A stretch of DNA of 64,000 nucleotides from Candidatus Marsarchaeota archaeon (GTDB lineage Archaea; Micrarchaeota; Micrarchaeia; Micrarchaeales; CABMGC01): assembly GCA_023379055.1 (NCBI GenBank), contig JAMCSX010000017.1, forward strand, positions 35,868 through 99,867, given 5' to 3'. Position numbers and translations under genes: made by a program. This document shows positions 54,707-63,410 of the stretch, piece after piece. Each line of letters begins with the position of its first letter. Position 1 is the stretch's first letter. The notes beneath the pieces were generated by a model, which was not told the DNA's origin, made no database searches, and worked only from the letters and a program-made list of their open reading frames with translations.

Positions 54707-55140
54707 TCAACGACACAGCTTGCAACTGTCGACTTTGCAGTTGTAGAGGCAAATATCTCCAAGAGAGTTAATTCGGGTGCGTCCCACCCTCCCACGACTA
54801 AAGCCCGTGGGCTTTCCATAAGCTGATGAAACATGTCGCACAGCAACAATCGGTTCAACAACCGCATCTGGACGAATGAGCCCGTCTACAGGGACTCGCC
54901 TATTGGAGATCTGGAAAGAATCACGGTTAGTGGCATCTCTCCGCTCCAACAGGGATTTTATGGCAATATTCAAACTTGCCTCGTCTTTCCAGAGCCTGTT
55001 GAATTCAGAATTCTCCTTCAAAGAAAAGTCCCTGGGAATTCTACCCTTCTTGGCAGTAATTCCATCAATCTGCTTTCTTCAAGGTCTTTCATTCCGTGTT
55101 TAAGCCAAGTTCCTATCTCGATATCAAAATCCTTTGCCAT
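54707..55140 (-). pseudogene. frameshifted / degenerate ORF of unknown family next to tRNA-Thr
   Basis: Reading from ATG 55140 gives MAKDFDIEIGTWLKHGMKDLEESRLMELLPRRVEFPGTFL*. A second frame is open across the same junction (..KQIDGITAKKGRIPRDFSLKENSEFNRLWKDEASLNIAIKSLLERRDATNRD...) and then runs through the hairpin repeats. I am not confident of any family; a vague HEPN-like helical pattern is all I see. Confidence 0.3.
54785..54817 (-). repeat. hairpin repeat copy B (minus strand: ggaaaGCCCACgGGCtttaGTCGTGGGagg)
   Basis: Same architecture as copy A. The inner stem differs by compensatory changes (CGA/TCG versus GGC/GTC). The G-T pair only forms on the minus strand. Confidence 0.75.
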
Positions 55141-55189
55141 TATGTCGGGTTTATCCTCTCCAGGCTTTGCTCTTTAAGTCTTTTAGGTG

Positions 55190-55261
55190 AGCCTTAGGAG
55201 GGGATCGAACCCCCGACTTCCGGTTTACAAAACCGGCGCTCTACCACTGAGCTACTAAGGC
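55190..55261 (-). tRNA. tRNA-Thr (anticodon UGU)
   Basis: The reverse complement folds as acceptor GCCTTAG/CTAAGGC, D arm GCTC-AGTGGTA-GAGC, anticodon arm CCGGT-TTTGTAA-ACCGG and T arm GGGGG-TTCGATC-CCCTC. Confidence 0.9.
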
Positions 55262-55370
55262 ACAGTAAAGAATATGCAGGTGCAGATTTTAAACGTTTGC
55301 GTGATGATAGAGGGGTATTGCACTCTTTAGGTTATTTAAAGATTTTTGCAGATAAAATATGCAATAGGCA

Positions 55371-56717
55371 GTGGGTGTTTTGCCGCTGCACATGGGTTTT
55401 GTTTTGAGCTACAGGATGGGGATAGGACTTGCAGTTGCACTGTGCCTCAGCGCGATAATAGGTGACACGCTCTTCGTGTTCACAGGTGTGCCCATAACTG
55501 AAATAGGCGCAAACTCCATAATGGCATACGTTATTGTTGGAATAATCGCCATCATCATAGCAATGCAGCTTGGTGAGCTAAGCTCCATAATGCCACATGA
55601 GAAGGGGGGCCCGTATTCATATGTGACGAAATCGTTTGGCAGCGAACTTGGCTTCGTTACTGGAATACTGCTGTTTATAGGCTACTGTGCAATAGTCGCT
55701 GCGGTAACTCTCGGATTCGGAAGCTACTTCCTGTCGCTTTTCGGCCTTGGAGGTACAGCTGCGCACATTTCGATTGCAATAGTACTCATAATCGCAATAT
55801 CCATTATAAACATGCGGGGCGTTAAGAGCGCTGTGGAACTCAACAAGATGCTGATTGCCATAACTCTGCTTACTGCTGCATTGTTCTTTATATTTGCCGT
55901 GTTTTACGGACATGATCACGGTTCGCTTGCAACCAATTTCATCGGCAGCGCGGCGCAGAACATGCCAGGCGCATTTTTTCAGGCAATAACCGCAATTGTG
56001 TTTGCATTCGCAGGATTTCAGATAATAGTGACCCTGACGGATAACGTAAAGGGGCTCGGAAAGGGAGTGACTAGGGCAATGGTTTATGCGATACTGATAA
56101 GCATAGTTGCTTACATAGCGATAACATTCGGGCTGCTTATGATGCTTCGCGCATCCAGTTTCACGATAACAAGCGAACCGCTGTTATATGCTCTGAGCAG
56201 CGTACACGCACCATCCATAGTCGTGATACTTGTGGACTTTGGCACCCTGTTCGCCATAGCAGCGTCCGTGATTGCAATAATATTCACTGCCTCCAGGCTG
56301 TTCTTCCAGATAGGAAATGACGGGCTTCTGCCCGGGATCACGCGCAGATTCGACAGGAAAAGGGGCGTTGCAACAAGCGGAGTGGTTATGACGTCGCTCG
56401 TATCCATAATGATACTGTTCTCTGGAAACCTGTACACCATACTCTCCATAAGCAACTTCGGCATGATATTCTCCTGGCTCATGTCCTGTTTCGCTGTAAT
56501 AAACATGAGAAGAAGAAAGAAGATCGGCGAGTATTCATCTCCGTATTATCCCTACCTAACGATGGTCGGGATAATAGCATGCCTTATATTCATCTTTGGA
56601 CTGCCGAGCATAAGCCTTGCCATAGGGGTCATAGTCCTGCTGTTCCTGATACTCGTGTACTATATAATAGTGGAGATAAAGTACAGGGAGGTACCGCGCG
56701 TGCGTCTTTTTGATTAG
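55371..56717 (+). CDS. APC-superfamily amino acid permease
   Basis: About 440 aa with 12 TM helices and the typical N-terminal ...SAIIGDTLFV... region. The start is uncertain: GTG at 55371, or ATG at 55392 or 55416. Confidence 0.8.
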   Translation: MGVLPLHMGFVLSYRMGIGLAVALCLSAIIGDTLFVFTGVPITEIGANSIMAYVIVGIIAIIIAMQLGELSSIMPHEKGGPYSYVTKSFGSELGFVTGILLFIGYCAIVAAVTLGFGSYFLSLFGLGGTAAHISIAIVLIIAISIINMRGVKSAVELNKMLIAITLLTAALFFIFAVFYGHDHGSLATNFIGSAAQNMPGAFFQAITAIVFAFAGFQIIVTLTDNVKGLGKGVTRAMVYAILISIVAYIAITFGLLMMLRASSFTITSEPLLYALSSVHAPSIVVILVDFGTLFAIAASVIAIIFTASRLFFQIGNDGLLPGITRRFDRKRGVATSGVVMTSLVSIMILFSGNLYTILSISNFGMIFSWLMSCFAVINMRRRKKIGEYSSPYYPYLTMVGIIACLIFIFGLPSISLAIGVIVLLFLILVYYIIVEIKYREVPRVRLFD

Positions 56718-56752
56718 GCATCGGGTTTTTGCAGCTTTTGATATCCTGTCTT

Positions 56753-57187
56753 TTAATCGCTGCTCCTGTTTGCATAGAATACCTGATGCCGTTTCGGCTT
56801 CAGTTTCTGCACTACGTGGTTGAATGCTGCATGCGGATCCGAATGCTCACCGCAGGTGTATATGTCTAGCGTTGCGTACTTGTATTCATTCCATGTATGG
56901 AGAGCAACATGGCTCTCCGTAACAAGCGCAATGCATGAGACCCCCCCTTTCTTGCCGCCAAAAGACCATGCCTTTATCTCTACCAGAGTCATCTTGGCCA
57001 TATCTACTGCCTCGAGCACAGCGGACTTTATATACTCCACATCTGTGGCAAGCTTTGGGTCAAGGTCGTACAGATTACCGAAAACATGTAGCCCAACGAT
57101 CCTGTCCTTTTCCATCTGAGGATAAGAGTCTTGTATCTGGATTCTCATCGGTTTTTGTATCGCGTCTTGTTTAGATGGTTTTGCCAT
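56753..57187 (-). CDS. speH: S-adenosylmethionine decarboxylase proenzyme (pyruvoyl, SpeH type)
   Basis: Contains the self-cleavage site [12 protein letters not shown] and [11 protein letters not shown]. Confidence 0.85.
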   Translation of the reverse strand: MAKPSKQDAIQKPMRIQIQDSYPQMEKDRIVGLHVFGNLYDLDPKLATDVEYIKSAVLEAVDMAKMTLVEIKAWSFGGKKGGVSCIALVTESHVALHTWNEYKYATLDIYTCGEHSDPHAAFNHVVQKLKPKRHQVFYANRSSD

Positions 57188-57307
57188 TCTATCTTGAACC
57201 TGGGTAGTTACAATCCTTAGTCATTTATACTTTTGCAGTATAATTATTGTAGGGGCATTAATTTAAATATATTCCCCAAATTTCTGACCAATAATACGCC
57301 GATTTTT

Positions 57308-59458
57308 ATGCACATAAAAGATCTGATAGGCAAGGTACCGGGGGAGCTCATCGAATCAATAGAGGGCAGGGGCATCTCTGAGCTTACGCCACCGCAGTCC
57401 ATGTCCGTCGAATATGGACTTACAAGCGGCAATAATTTTGTAGTTGCCGCGCCAACAGCAAGCGGTAAGACACTGATAGCAGAGATTGCTGCGATTAATT
57501 CGATAATCAGCAACAGAAAGAAGGCAGTGTACATAGCTCCGATGCGTGCGCTTGTCAGGGAGAAATATACAGAATTCAGAAATGCGTATCCTTATCTTAA
57601 GATAGCAATGTCAGTAGGCGACCTTGATTCCCTTGACAGATGGCTTGAAAACTACGACATGGTATTCGCGTCCACTGAAAAATTCGACAGCCTGATACGT
57701 CATGGGTTGGGATGGCTTGAGGACATTGGCTGCATCGTGATCGATGAAGTACACATGCTTGATGATGAGAGCAGGGGACCTACACTTGAGGTGCTTATCT
57801 CGAAACTTAGGCGGCTATGCGGGAACGCCCAGGTCATAGCTCTCAGCGCGACAATAGGAAACTCCAGGGAAATTGCAGGGTGGATGAATGCAAAATTGAT
57901 AGAGAGCGATTACAGGCCGGTGCTCCTTGAGCGTGGGATAGAGATAAACGGAAAGGCAGTATATGATACTGGACGTGAGGAGCAACTGGACAGCAAGAGT
58001 AAGATACCTGAGATTAGGATAACAGAAGATACGCTGAGAAGATCTAAGCAGGTGCTTGCATTCTACAGCACTAAAAGGAATGCAGAAGCAGGATCAGAGC
58101 GTCTTGGCGACATTGTGGCAAGATATCTCAGCGCCGAAGACAAAAAACGCCTTGAATTATTGAGCAATGAGATTCTTGGCGTACTTGGAAAACCGACGTT
58201 ACAATGCGAAAGGCTGTCAAAGGCAGTGCTTTCGGGCACGGCATTCCACCACAGCGGGCTTGTCAATACGCAGAGGGAGCTTGTGGAGGATGCGTTCAAG
58301 GAAGGGTTACTGAAGGCAATATGCTCGACAACAACATTGGGATACGGGATAAACATGCCTGCGCATACGGTATTGATACGCGACGTCGTCAGGTATGGAG
58401 AACATAGCGGAAGAGAGTATATAGGAATAAACGAGGTAACCCAGCTATGCGGCAGGGCAGGCAGGCCCGAATATGATAAGGTGGGCAGGGCATTCATGAT
58501 TGCAAGATCGGAGTCGGAGGCACACGACCTCTACAACAGATACATACTATCAGATCTTGACCCCATAACATCGAAACTGGGCATGCTACCAGTAATGCGT
58601 ACGCATATACTCGCCTTTGTCGCCACAAAATTCCTGACAAGTGAGGAATCAATACTTGACTTCATGAACAGTACATTCTATGGCCATCAATATGCGGATT
58701 CGAAGGAGCTCAAGTCCATAATAGGCAGGGTGCTTGCAGAACTATCCGAATGGGGATTCCTTGAGGGGAGGGGCAGCGCCTATAATGCGACAAGGATGGG
58801 CCACAGGATAAGCGAGCTTTATATAGATCCGCTCTCGGCAAAGTGGATGGTCGACTCGATACCAAGGATGACTGATGATATATCAGTACTCTTCATGATA
58901 TCCAATACACTTGAGATGAGGCCTTATGCAAAGGCCACGGAGGAAGCCGAGGAAAGGTACATGCAATACAATTCCATGGTGGACAATAGCATAGCCAGAT
59001 ATGACGGGGGGGAATACCTGTACTATGATCCAGTAAGGCCCTTCAGCACTGCGTTGATGCTTAATGATTGGATAGATGAAAAGGGGGAGCGCGACATAAT
59101 AAGCAGGTATAGGACTACTCCGGGGGCCCTGTTCGTAAAGATAACAAATGCAGACTGGCTTCTTTATGCAGGGTCAGAGATAGCGAAGATCATGAGAACA
59201 GATAGCATCAAGCTTCTTGAAATGAGGATTCGGGTCAAGTATGGAATAAGGAAGGAGCTCATGGATTTGATAAGGCTTGAGCAGGTTGGACGGGTCAGGG
59301 CAAGAATGATGTATGAAAGAGGCATAAAGAGGACAAGCGATATACGCAAGTCTGAATCGCAGGAGGCGATGAAGGTAATGTTCGGCAAGGAGATAGCAGG
59401 CAGAATAATAGCGCAGATAACTGGACCGAACGACATAAAAACAGGCCAAATGAAGTAA
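57308..59458 (+). CDS. hel308: Hel308/Ski2-like DNA helicase
   Basis: Contains AAPTASGKT (motif I), DEVH (motif II), SATIGN and later helicase motifs. The start is moved to MHIKDLIGK (57308). Confidence 0.85.
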   Translation: MHIKDLIGKVPGELIESIEGRGISELTPPQSMSVEYGLTSGNNFVVAAPTASGKTLIAEIAAINSIISNRKKAVYIAPMRALVREKYTEFRNAYPYLKIAMSVGDLDSLDRWLENYDMVFASTEKFDSLIRHGLGWLEDIGCIVIDEVHMLDDESRGPTLEVLISKLRRLCGNAQVIALSATIGNSREIAGWMNAKLIESDYRPVLLERGIEINGKAVYDTGREEQLDSKSKIPEIRITEDTLRRSKQVLAFYSTKRNAEAGSERLGDIVARYLSAEDKKRLELLSNEILGVLGKPTLQCERLSKAVLSGTAFHHSGLVNTQRELVEDAFKEGLLKAICSTTTLGYGINMPAHTVLIRDVVRYGEHSGREYIGINEVTQLCGRAGRPEYDKVGRAFMIARSESEAHDLYNRYILSDLDPITSKLGMLPVMRTHILAFVATKFLTSEESILDFMNSTFYGHQYADSKELKSIIGRVLAELSEWGFLEGRGSAYNATRMGHRISELYIDPLSAKWMVDSIPRMTDDISVLFMISNTLEMRPYAKATEEAEERYMQYNSMVDNSIARYDGGEYLYYDPVRPFSTALMLNDWIDEKGERDIISRYRTTPGALFVKITNADWLLYAGSEIAKIMRTDSIKLLEMRIRVKYGIRKELMDLIRLEQVGRVRARMMYERGIKRTSDIRKSESQEAMKVMFGKEIAGRIIAQITGPNDIKTGQMK

Positions 59459-59584
59459 ATGCTGCTTTAGAACAGCAATCTGAATACGGCGGCCAACCAT
59501 ACCGATAAAGACCTCTAAAGGAAAGCTATATAAAAATGATTCGCACAACAATATGTAGTCGTTAAAGGCGACTAGTTGAGCAAA

Positions 59585-59950
59585 ATGGGAGTTTTTAGCA
59601 AATTGGGCCAGGCATTTGGCGCAAACAAGGAAATAAATATAGAGGAATACATGAACTCCGTTGAGATGGAGAACGTGGACCTGCTGCACGAGCCAGCTGA
59701 CATGTATGTCAAGCCAGTGTCGATAGCGAGCGAGGACGAGGTAAGAGCAATACAGGAGGAGATAGCAAAGAAGAACATAATCCTTCTGGACATAACAGAG
59801 CTTAACAAAAGACCCAATACGGCAAAGAACGTCATAGCTTCGCTGAAGGCTTTCGTTGACAAGCAGGATGGAGACATAGGCCAGATAGATTCATCAAGGA
59901 TATTGATAACGCCTGCACGTGTCAAGATAATAAAGAGAAAGAAGCAGTAG
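59585..59950 (+). CDS. sepF: cell division protein SepF
   Basis: About 121 aa. An N-terminal amphipathic MGVFSKLGQAFG is followed by a DUF552-like core (ADMYVKPVSIASEDEVRAIQEEIAKKNIILLDI). The ATG at 59585 is preferred over the TTG at 59576. Confidence 0.8.
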   Translation: MGVFSKLGQAFGANKEINIEEYMNSVEMENVDLLHEPADMYVKPVSIASEDEVRAIQEEIAKKNIILLDITELNKRPNTAKNVIASLKAFVDKQDGDIGQIDSSRILITPARVKIIKRKKQ

Positions 59951-59955
59951 CCAGG

Positions 59956-60636
59956 CTACTTGAATGCAGTTATAAGGGCATGGATCTCCTGAAGATTAGG
60001 TTGTGATAGGCTTACAAGCCTCCTGAATACGTTCTTTACGGCCTTCCTGTCCCTTATCCTTTTCTTCCCTATCATTATTGCAAAGGATTTCATAAGATAG
60101 TTCAGCGCTTCTTTTCTGCGCGGATCGGCGCCCCCTTTGTATACTGACGCGAAACCTTTTGCCGTAAGAAGATACAGGATTATCCCGAGCGCATGCGATA
60201 TGTTCAATACTGGATAGTCCTGGTCGGTGCCTATATAGGCAATCATGTCGCACTTTTCAATTTCATCCCTCTTCAACCCGATGTCGTCTCTTCCGATGAG
60301 TATTCCTATCGTCTTTCCCGATCCGATCCTCTCAAGCCTTTTTACGGCGTCGTCAATCAGGTATATCCTTTTAAAGTTTATTCCAGATTTGCTTCTCAGC
60401 CCGGTTGTGCCAACCACAATGTCGCAGTCGGCTGTTGCAGAGCCTAGTGTCGCGTATATTTGCGCATCCTTCAGCAGGTCTGCAGCATGCTTTGAAAACA
60501 TTATTGCTCTTTTGCCGATTATTGTGCGCGGCCTGACAAGAAACAGCCTCCTTATCCCAAAGTTTCTTGATACCCTTGCAATGTAACCGAGGTTTATCTG
60601 GTATCTCGGCTCAACTATTATTATCTTGAATCTCAA
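59956..60636 (-). CDS. SpoU/TrmH-family RNA 2'-O-methyltransferase (TrmJ-like)
   Basis: 226 aa. MRFKIIIVEPRYQINLGYIARVSRNFGI plus the C-terminal knot motifs (VLNISHALGIILY). Confidence 0.8.
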   Translation of the reverse strand: MRFKIIIVEPRYQINLGYIARVSRNFGIRRLFLVRPRTIIGKRAIMFSKHAADLLKDAQIYATLGSATADCDIVVGTTGLRSKSGINFKRIYLIDDAVKRLERIGSGKTIGILIGRDDIGLKRDEIEKCDMIAYIGTDQDYPVLNISHALGIILYLLTAKGFASVYKGGADPRRKEALNYLMKSFAIMIGKKRIRDRKAVKNVFRRLVSLSQPNLQEIHALITAFK

Positions 60637-60644
60637 ATCTGCAC

Positions 60645-61325
60645 CTAACCGAACATCGCAATTACGCCGAGCATGTTGACAAGCATATGCGCTGCAATCC
60701 CCGGATATATGGATTTTGTCTTTTTGAATACGTACCCGGCTATCACTGCAAATATGAATGCGAATATTACCTCTACGCCGAAGGTTGACATGTATGAATA
60801 GTGGGCCAGGCCGAACAGAATTGCGCTTGGGAGTATGCCCAGTCTGGGCACCATGAAGCCCCTAAACAGGGTTTCCTCGTTTATTGGAGCTATTACGGCT
60901 ATGAATATATAAAACCAGACGGGCGCTCCGGAAAATACGTTTGACACATTGGTATGTATCTGTATGTTAGTTGTGTAGCCTGCAACGTTTACCAGGATTT
61001 CTAGCGTCAATATTGCAATGAATATCAATATGCCTATCCCGATGTTTCTCAACATGCCCTTTCTTCCGTAGCCAAGACTGGTAAGTATCTTCTTTGATGA
61101 CATTCTCTTATAAGCCGAGAGATATGCTATCACGGTAATTGGAAATGAGAGTGATGTCCCTGCATATGACATGAAGATAAGGCTAGTATGCCCGATGTAC
61201 CCGGCATCGTACGCCAGACCAAGCACAGCAGAGAATACAAGCTGGATCATTACAAATATCAGGATGAATACGAGCAACGACCTGATATCCGCAGATATGC
61301 CCTGCTTCTTCCCTGGCTTGGGCAT
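60645..61325 (-). CDS. CPBP-family intramembrane glutamic endopeptidase
   Basis: Polytopic protein with motifs NEETLFRGF, FGLAHYS and AAHMLVN. Confidence 0.8.
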   Translation of the reverse strand: MPKPGKKQGISADIRSLLVFILIFVMIQLVFSAVLGLAYDAGYIGHTSLIFMSYAGTSLSFPITVIAYLSAYKRMSSKKILTSLGYGRKGMLRNIGIGILIFIAILTLEILVNVAGYTTNIQIHTNVSNVFSGAPVWFYIFIAVIAPINEETLFRGFMVPRLGILPSAILFGLAHYSYMSTFGVEVIFAFIFAVIAGYVFKKTKSIYPGIAAHMLVNMLGVIAMFG

Positions 61326-61475
61326 TCACTTACCTTTCTGTGCCTTCCATTCGGTGTACGAGCATCTTCCACACGCATACCTATCTGCATGGCTTGCCAT
61401 CCTTGCGCCGCATTTTGTGCAGAATTTCTCTACAGGAGTGTACTTCTTTACAGGTTTCTTCTTATCGTCTGCCAT
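61326..61475 (-). CDS. rps27ae: 30S ribosomal protein eS31 (S27ae)
   Basis: Below the ORF-track cutoff, so translated by hand: MADDKKKPVKKYTPVEKFCTKCGARMASHADRYACGRCSYTEWKAQKGK. It is a CxxC...CxxC zinc ribbon. Its stop codon directly abuts the start codon of the CPBP gene. Confidence 0.8.
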   Translation of the reverse strand: MADDKKKPVKKYTPVEKFCTKCGARMASHADRYACGRCSYTEWKAQKGK

Positions 61476-61483
61476 TTATACAC

Positions 61484-61786
61484 CTACGTTGCTGTTGCAG
61501 TGGCTTTGGGGGCTTGCTTTTCGCCCTTCTTTCCCCTTTTCTTGGCAAGCCTTTCCATTACCTCCTTGCTTGAGTAAGAGTATGCAGTTATACTGCTCAG
61601 CCTTAGGCCGTATTGCTGACTTATAATGCGAATCTCAACAAGGTCGGGATTCAGGCTTAGCTTCTTGCAAAGCTCCTCCTTCACCTCGTCCTTCCTTGGA
61701 GTTGTATCAGCATATGTTGCAGTTGCACTGATCTCGCGCCTTCCCAAAAATCTGTTTTCGTAGTCGTTTGTTATCTTAAGGTCCAT
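61484..61786 (-). CDS. rps24e: 30S ribosomal protein eS24
   Basis: 100 aa. MDLKITNDYENRFLGRREI...HP..ATP.. style N-terminus with the usual S24e-S27ae gene pair. Confidence 0.9.
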   Translation of the reverse strand: MDLKITNDYENRFLGRREISATATYADTTPRKDEVKEELCKKLSLNPDLVEIRIISQQYGLRLSSITAYSYSSKEVMERLAKKRGKKGEKQAPKATATAT

Positions 61787-61787
61787 A

Positions 61788-62195
61788 TTAGCTACCTCCG
61801 CTCATCACTCTGGATATTGCCTTCTTGCCCATGCTCTCCATTACCTCAACCTCCACGCCCTGCCTGAGTAAAGACCTGAATTCTTCAGGGACTGAAACAT
61901 CATATGTCTCATAAGTATCAAGATCCATCAGCTGTGCTAGATTCTCTGTTACTGACACTACCTGGGCCTTCTTCTTGTTTATTATTGGCACTTCTATGTC
62001 AGCTGAACTTGGTTTTAGAAGCGTCCTCTTCTGTCCGTCAAAGATCCCAACTGCAGTCACCCTCATCTTTGCTGCACCGTGTTTTCCTGGAGACGATACG
62101 TCAAGCTCAACAACCCTGCACGGAACGCCGTCTATCAGTATGAAACGGCCAGGCTTTATGTCTTTCATTGAAGCATACATTATGTCTTCAGGCAC
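61788..62195 (-). CDS. eif5a: translation initiation factor 5A (aIF5A)
   Basis: 135 aa with the hypusine loop SSPGKHGAAK. Confidence 0.9.
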   Translation of the reverse strand: MPEDIMYASMKDIKPGRFILIDGVPCRVVELDVSSPGKHGAAKMRVTAVGIFDGQKRTLLKPSSADIEVPIINKKKAQVVSVTENLAQLMDLDTYETYDVSVPEEFRSLLRQGVEVEVMESMGKKAISRVMSGGS

Positions 62196-62225
62196 AAGAT
62201 CACGCTAAGTAGATGCAGATTGAGG

Positions 62226-62234
62226 TTTATAAAA
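62226..62234 (-). promoter_or_regulatory. TATA-box-like element upstream of the aIF5A operon
   Basis: ttttataaa (minus strand) is centred about 35 nt upstream of the aIF5A start. Positional argument only. Confidence 0.3.
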
Positions 62235-62341
62235 CTTTCAATGAAGATGTTTTACAGAGAGAAGCCATACTGACATCCTTCCGCAGCCAAAGCATATGGT
62301 ATTTCCCGCTCACGTTGTTAAAAATAGCTGAAAAATAAAAG

Positions 62342-62359
62342 TAGGGGCTTTCGCCCCTA
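62342..62359. repeat. GC-stem hairpin taggggc-tttc-gccccta (copy B of the family at 21744-21764)
   Basis: 7-bp stem lying 7 nt downstream of the ftsZ stop (minus strand). The outermost pair is swapped relative to copy A (T-A versus A-T). Confidence 0.75.
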
Positions 62360-62365
62360 TAAGAA

Positions 62366-63385
62366 TCAGTACAGTTTTCCTATGCTCTCTATGTTGAGTG
62401 CAGCAACCTTCTCTGCGTCCATGCGCCTCTCACCGAACTTGGCCTTGACACCGGTAACTACTGACATGACCCTTATCTCGTCATTTAGCTCTGGCATCAT
62501 CCTTGCGCCGAAGATAACATTTGCGTTGTCTGCCACGCCCTCGGTCACTCCCGACCCTATCTCGGTTGCCTCGCTTATTGTAAGGTTTGTGCCTCCAGTT
62601 ACCTGTATAAGGCCACCTTTTGCGCCTTCGTAATCTACAGAAAGCAGTGGATGCGTCCTCGTAGATTCTATGGCCTGCCTTACCCTATCGGTCCCTCTGC
62701 CATACCCTATGCTTATTACAGCAGTGCCGGTATCTCTCACAACAGTCTTAAGATCTGCAAAGTCGAGATTTATAAGGCTTGGGAGGGATATTGTGTCCGA
62801 AATGCCCTTTACAGCGTTTCCTGTGACATTATCTACAACCTCGAATGCGCGCTCTATTGGAAGGTTAGGCACATATGATAGAAGCTTATCGTTCTCTATC
62901 ACAATTGTGCAGTCCGCCTCACGGTTAAGCTGCTCAAGACCCCAGTCAGCCTTCAGCCTCCTTGATCTCTCAAGAGAGAAAGGATATGTCACTGTTGCAA
63001 TTACAGTTGCACCGGACTCCCTTGCTACTTTTGCGACTATTGGCGCAGCGCCAGTGCCTGTTCCGCCACCCATCCCCGCAGCTACGAATATGAGATTGTA
63101 TCCATTCAATGCTTCCTCAAGTTCGCCTCTGCTGACATCCGCGCACTTTGCAGCTACCTCCGGGAATCCGCCTGCCCCAAGACCATTTGTAATGCTTTTG
63201 CCTATCAGCAGCTTCTTCGTAGCCTTTATCATGTTCAGGTGTCCAATATCTGTATTCACAGCTATTGTGTCTGCACTCCTTATGCCGTAGCTGAACAACC
63301 TGTTTACAAGGTTGCTTCCCTGTCCTCCCACCCCTACCACCGCTACGCGTGGTGTGAATAGGTCATAGTCAAACTGATCTGACAT
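62366..63385 (-). CDS. ftsZ: cell division protein FtsZ (paralog 1)
   Basis: 339 aa. Contains VGVGGQGSN, the tubulin signature GMGGGTGTGAAP and the NLDFADL motif. Confidence 0.9.
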   Translation of the reverse strand: MSDQFDYDLFTPRVAVVGVGGQGSNLVNRLFSYGIRSADTIAVNTDIGHLNMIKATKKLLIGKSITNGLGAGGFPEVAAKCADVSRGELEEALNGYNLIFVAAGMGGGTGTGAAPIVAKVARESGATVIATVTYPFSLERSRRLKADWGLEQLNREADCTIVIENDKLLSYVPNLPIERAFEVVDNVTGNAVKGISDTISLPSLINLDFADLKTVVRDTGTAVISIGYGRGTDRVRQAIESTRTHPLLSVDYEGAKGGLIQVTGGTNLTISEATEIGSGVTEGVADNANVIFGARMMPELNDEIRVMSVVTGVKAKFGERRMDAEKVAALNIESIGKLY

Positions 63386-63410
63386 TTGTGGTCACCAATA
63401 TAAAGGTGGC

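Noticed and set aside
54625-54817. CRISPR-like interpretation of the two GCCCAC...GTGGGAGG repeats.
   Set aside because: There are only two copies, spaced 160 bp apart rather than 30-40 bp. The repeats are not identical and there are no cas genes in the window.
54822-54900. C/D-box sRNA suggested by a ctgatga (C-box-like) string at about 54823-54829.
   Set aside because: No D or D' box (CTGA) lies at the required spacing and no terminal stem is present. The match is a single short motif.
63386-63410. The sequence aatataaagg between the two ftsZ genes, considered as an independent TATA box for the downstream copy.
   Set aside because: It lies only about 15 nt from the start codon, which is too close for the usual archaeal TATA-to-start spacing. 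Co-transcription is more likely.
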